The position numbers and the translations under genes are program-made. A model generated the notes under the pieces. It was given only the letters and a program-made list of their open reading frames with translations. It was not told the origin of the DNA and did not search any database. Shown piece by piece: positions 47,253-50,493 of a stretch of DNA of 50,493 bases; within the stretch, counting starts at the first letter, position 1; every line of letters starts with the position of its first letter. Source of the DNA: a virus (taxonomy: Duplodnaviria; Caudoviricetes); IMG/VR virus record IMGVR_UViG_3300035661_000090, positions 1 through 50,493 of that record; one strand, written 5' to 3'.

Positions 47253-48977
47253 ATGAAGGTCAAAGCGTTTCGCATACGCGATTTTAAGAAAATCTCAATC
47301 GTGGATGCGACGATTGATCATCTCGGGTCCGTGGTACAAGTCACGGGCCCGAACGGTGCGGGTAAGTCGTCAGTGATAGACGGAATCATTGCGACGATCG
47401 GAGGCGAGAAATTGTCGCCGACTCATCCGATACGTCGCGGGTCGAACAGCGCGTCGGCAAGCATAACGCTCGGCGAATACGAAGTCACTCGGACGTGGAA
47501 GACGGAGGAACGCGACGGAGATGTCGAGATCCTTTCGACCTTAACCGTCCGAGGCGCGGACGGTCGTACGATCTCGCGACGTCCGCAGCAGATTCTCAAC
47601 GAGCTTGTCGGAAAGCTTTCGTTTGATCCGGTCGCGTTTTATGCGATGGACGCAAAGCAACAGGCCGAGCAATTTCGAGCGGTCACGGGCCTTGACTTCA
47701 CCGAGCTTGACAAACGACGGAAGGACATATTTGAGAAGCGGACAGATGTCAATAAGCTGTTGAAGGCCGCGGAAGCGAGACGGGATGCGATCGCATTCGA
47801 TCCGAACGTTGCGAGTGAACGCGTTTCGACTTTGAAATTGATTGAGCTAATCAACAACGCCAAGGACAGGAACCGCGATAATGCGAACCAACGCGAAAGG
47901 CTGCGAACGCTTCGGGCTGATTACGACACCGCAAAAAAGGAGGTTGAGCGTCTCGAATACGAACTCGCAAACGCTCGCAAAAAGTTCGCACAAATCGAAG
48001 CGGACGGACGAAGCCAAAACACGATATGCAAGGCCCTGGAGGAACAATCAACCGACTTGCTTGAAGCGCAGTTGAGCAACGCCGAAACGATCAACGCAGC
48101 GATCGACGCGCAAACGTCAAGGCGAACGATCGACGAGGAGTGCAAGCGATATGAAAAAGAGGCCGCGAACTTTTCTGAAATCATCGCGAAAATCGACGGC
48201 GAGAAAAACTTCAAACTCGCAACCGCGAACCTTCCGATTCCGGATCTCGGCATCAGCGGCGAGGGCGTGAATTACAAGGGAGTGCCGCTCGACCAGGCGT
48301 CGCAAGTCGAACGTCTGCGAGTGAGTCTCGCGATGGCCGCCGCACTCAATCCGCAACTGCGGACGCTATTCGTACGCGACACGCCGATGATCACGAAGGC
48401 CTCGCTAGCGATCATCACGACTTGGGCAGAGACGAACGATTATCAGATCATCATGGAAAGAGCGATCGACGACCCAGCAACGGACGGCGTCGGGCTCGTC
48501 ATTGAGGAAGGGTCTCTCGTTTCGATTCGCGACAACGACGGGAATCTTGCATCGCTTTACCCATCGCTCGACGCGTCGAGCAAGACGCCGAAGAAACGAA
48601 CCTCGGTGAGAATGGGCGATCCATCGCCACCCGTCGTTCCAGCAACGCCGGCACCGACGACAACGCAACCCGACGTCGACCCGTTCGACGACACGTCGTC
48701 GCCAATAATGACGCCAGAAGCGCCCCAGGCAAGGCCTGCGAGCATCGTGATCTCGTCCCGCATATCGCAACACAACGGGCCACGAGGACGTTCACGCAGC
48801 GGCGACATCTACTACGAGATGATCACGAGCGAGATGCCCGACATAGATCTCGCGGGCGAGGAGCAACAGAAGCTCGGCTATCACCCCGCGGGCTACGGTT
48901 TCCATTCGTTCGCGTGCAATAAGCGACTCGACGGAACTTTCATCGCCACCTGGAAGTCGTCGGACAACTGCGAATAA
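47253..48977 (+). CDS. SMC/Rad50-like ATPase with extra C-terminal domain
   Basis: IRDFKKI, Walker A GPNGAGKSS, long coiled coil, LDQASQVE, FVRD. Confidence 0.85.
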   Translation: MKVKAFRIRDFKKISIVDATIDHLGSVVQVTGPNGAGKSSVIDGIIATIGGEKLSPTHPIRRGSNSASASITLGEYEVTRTWKTEERDGDVEILSTLTVRGADGRTISRRPQQILNELVGKLSFDPVAFYAMDAKQQAEQFRAVTGLDFTELDKRRKDIFEKRTDVNKLLKAAEARRDAIAFDPNVASERVSTLKLIELINNAKDRNRDNANQRERLRTLRADYDTAKKEVERLEYELANARKKFAQIEADGRSQNTICKALEEQSTDLLEAQLSNAETINAAIDAQTSRRTIDEECKRYEKEAANFSEIIAKIDGEKNFKLATANLPIPDLGISGEGVNYKGVPLDQASQVERLRVSLAMAAALNPQLRTLFVRDTPMITKASLAIITTWAETNDYQIIMERAIDDPATDGVGLVIEEGSLVSIRDNDGNLASLYPSLDASSKTPKKRTSVRMGDPSPPVVPATPAPTTTQPDVDPFDDTSSPIMTPEAPQARPASIVISSRISQHNGPRGRSRSGDIYYEMITSEMPDIDLAGEEQQKLGYHPAGYGFHSFACNKRLDGTFIATWKSSDNCE

Positions 48978-49132
48978 CGAGCCACGGGCGTGACGTCCCG
49001 GACTTGCGTCGAGGCGGTCGCTCGACTCGGCGGAAGGAAACGTCACAAGCTCGTCGCCGTCGTCATGGATTGGTGTCACTCACGGCGGCGGCGAGTCTTT
49101 CCTACGCATCGACACATTAACACGAGCAACTA

Positions 49133-49393
49133 ATGCGATCATTCAAAGGTTTGAAAAATGCGATTGCCTCGGCCAATCGTCGCCTTAGAAAAACGTGGAC
49201 GAGGCAAGACGCGACAACGCTCGACGTCATTCGCATTCAATCCGAGCAGATTACCAACCTCGCGAACGCAGTCGTGATGCTCGCCGATTCGTTCGACGAG
49301 CTAGCGGAAACGATGGAAGACATTCGTAGCAACGTTCGCAAGATGAGCGAATGGCACGCGTACGAAATGACGCCCGGTTATCGCTGGGATTGA
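49133..49393 (+). CDS. Hypothetical coiled-coil protein
   Basis: Open frame after a structured intergenic region. Confidence 0.6.
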   Translation: MRSFKGLKNAIASANRRLRKTWTRQDATTLDVIRIQSEQITNLANAVVMLADSFDELAETMEDIRSNVRKMSEWHAYEMTPGYRWD

Positions 49394-49725
49394 TCCGAAC
49401 GCACGTCACACGAGCCAGAGGCATCGTCGGCCCGTGCCTCTGGCTCGACCCCGAGTCGAAGCGTTGCAAGCACTACGAAAGGAGATCATACGTGCCTATC
49501 GCCTACGTTTATCTCGCCTTGTGTGCCACCGCGTTACTGAGTCTAACGGCAGGCTGGAAAGTCGCCGTCATATTCGAGCGGGAACGAGCCGAAGACGTCG
49601 CCGCCGACATGCGGCGGAAGAGCAAGAAACTTCTGCGGCAGGCAGCGCCGCAAGCGTTTCGGGGGCATTGTCCCGTCGAACGAAATTGAACTCATAACAC
49701 GTCAGCAAGCGAGGAACGTTGAGCA

Positions 49726-50193
49726 ATGAGCAAGCCAGGTTTCCCGGCTCTACCGCCGAAATTGTATTTCCCGATTTATCAAGCGAAGCCGGGCGAGCCT
49801 TGGACGTTCACCGGTCAGTCGATGATCTCGGCGACTGGGGACTTCGAAGTCATCGCGCACGTCGTCGAAAACGACGGAGCGGCATACGTCGAACTTGATA
49901 CGACTCTCGACGACGCGCTCGCGAAGTCCGAGGCGGCGTTAAATCTCATGACGAAAGAGAGAGACGCCTATCGACGCGTTGCTGCAAATCTCGTTGTGTA
50001 TTACGTTCGCGACTTCATGACGAGCCTTGCGAGGAAGCAAGGGTTCGCAACGACGGACGATATAAACGCTCATATAAGCGAACAAGGTCGCACAGGATTA
50101 AGGGACGACATTCATCCCGATTGGCTGCGACACGCGGCGACGCTCGCGGGCCTCTCAGAATCATCGACAACGAGCGAGACGGGTCGTGAGTAA
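49726..50193 (+). CDS. Hypothetical protein
   Basis: 155 aa with genome-typical codon usage. Confidence 0.7.
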   Translation: MSKPGFPALPPKLYFPIYQAKPGEPWTFTGQSMISATGDFEVIAHVVENDGAAYVELDTTLDDALAKSEAALNLMTKERDAYRRVAANLVVYYVRDFMTSLARKQGFATTDDINAHISEQGRTGLRDDIHPDWLRHAATLAGLSESSTTSETGRE

Positions 50194-50331
50194 TCACCAC
50201 AATGAACGGATCTGCCAGGAGGTAATGGCATGAGTGACGCAGACGATGAAGTCCAAGAGGACGGCCGTTTTGCTTGGAATCGACATCGAAGATTTAGCCA
50301 ACCTGCCCGCGACGGGCGAGAAAGAAGAATC

Positions 50332-50493
50332 ATGAGCATATACAAGAATAACGGCGAGATTATCTACGAATCGGACCAGCCGACTCGCCAGGCATTACTC
50401 GAAGCTATCGCCATAGGTGCCGATCTCAGACGTGCTGATCTCAGAGATGCCGATCTCAGAGATGCCAGGTCTGGTGGTTTAGCCATTGCCGCA
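50332..50493 (+). CDS. 5' part of the pentapeptide-repeat gene (wraps to base 1)
   Basis: MSIYKNNGEIIYESDQPTRQALLEAIAIG-ADLRR-ADLRD-ADLRD-ARSGGLAIAA. Confidence 0.85.
   Translation, partial: MSIYKNNGEIIYESDQPTRQALLEAIAIGADLRRADLRDADLRDARSGGLAIAA
50406..50493 (+). repeat. Terminal overlap with the window start (circular closure)
   Basis: 50406-50459 = bases 1-54; the final 45 nt = bases 404-448. Confidence 0.9.

Overview
The window looks like a complete, circularly closed ~50.4 kb genome of a tailed phage with a probably non-contractile tail. The end (50406-50493) rejoins the start inside a pentapeptide-repeat gene, and essentially all credible genes lie on the + strand. Gene order: a mosaic accessory island (~50200-2220); XRE regulator and nucleases (2260-4845); early cassettes driven by duplicated promoters, one containing a type III hammerhead ribozyme (5676-8530); a putative lysis/envelope module with a papain-like peptidase and holin candidates (8928-12889); a DNA-modification operon (12891-15383); terminase, portal, scaffold and capsid genes plus a MuF-ADP-ribosyltransferase fusion (16075-26098); tail genes with a -1 frameshifted chaperone and tape measure (26095-40945); and replication/recombination genes with an iteron origin (41117-48977). 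The stand-out system is a C5-cytosine methyltransferase whose conserved motif-X Asn is replaced by Arg (GRAVPP), translationally coupled to a CmoA-like carboxy-SAM synthase. This predicts DNA carboxymethylation (5-carboxymethylcytosine) rather than methylation, in a genome visibly rich in CG-containing palindromes. No integrase, DNA polymerase, tRNA or CRISPR array was recognised. All family assignments come from reading motifs by eye; no searches were run.
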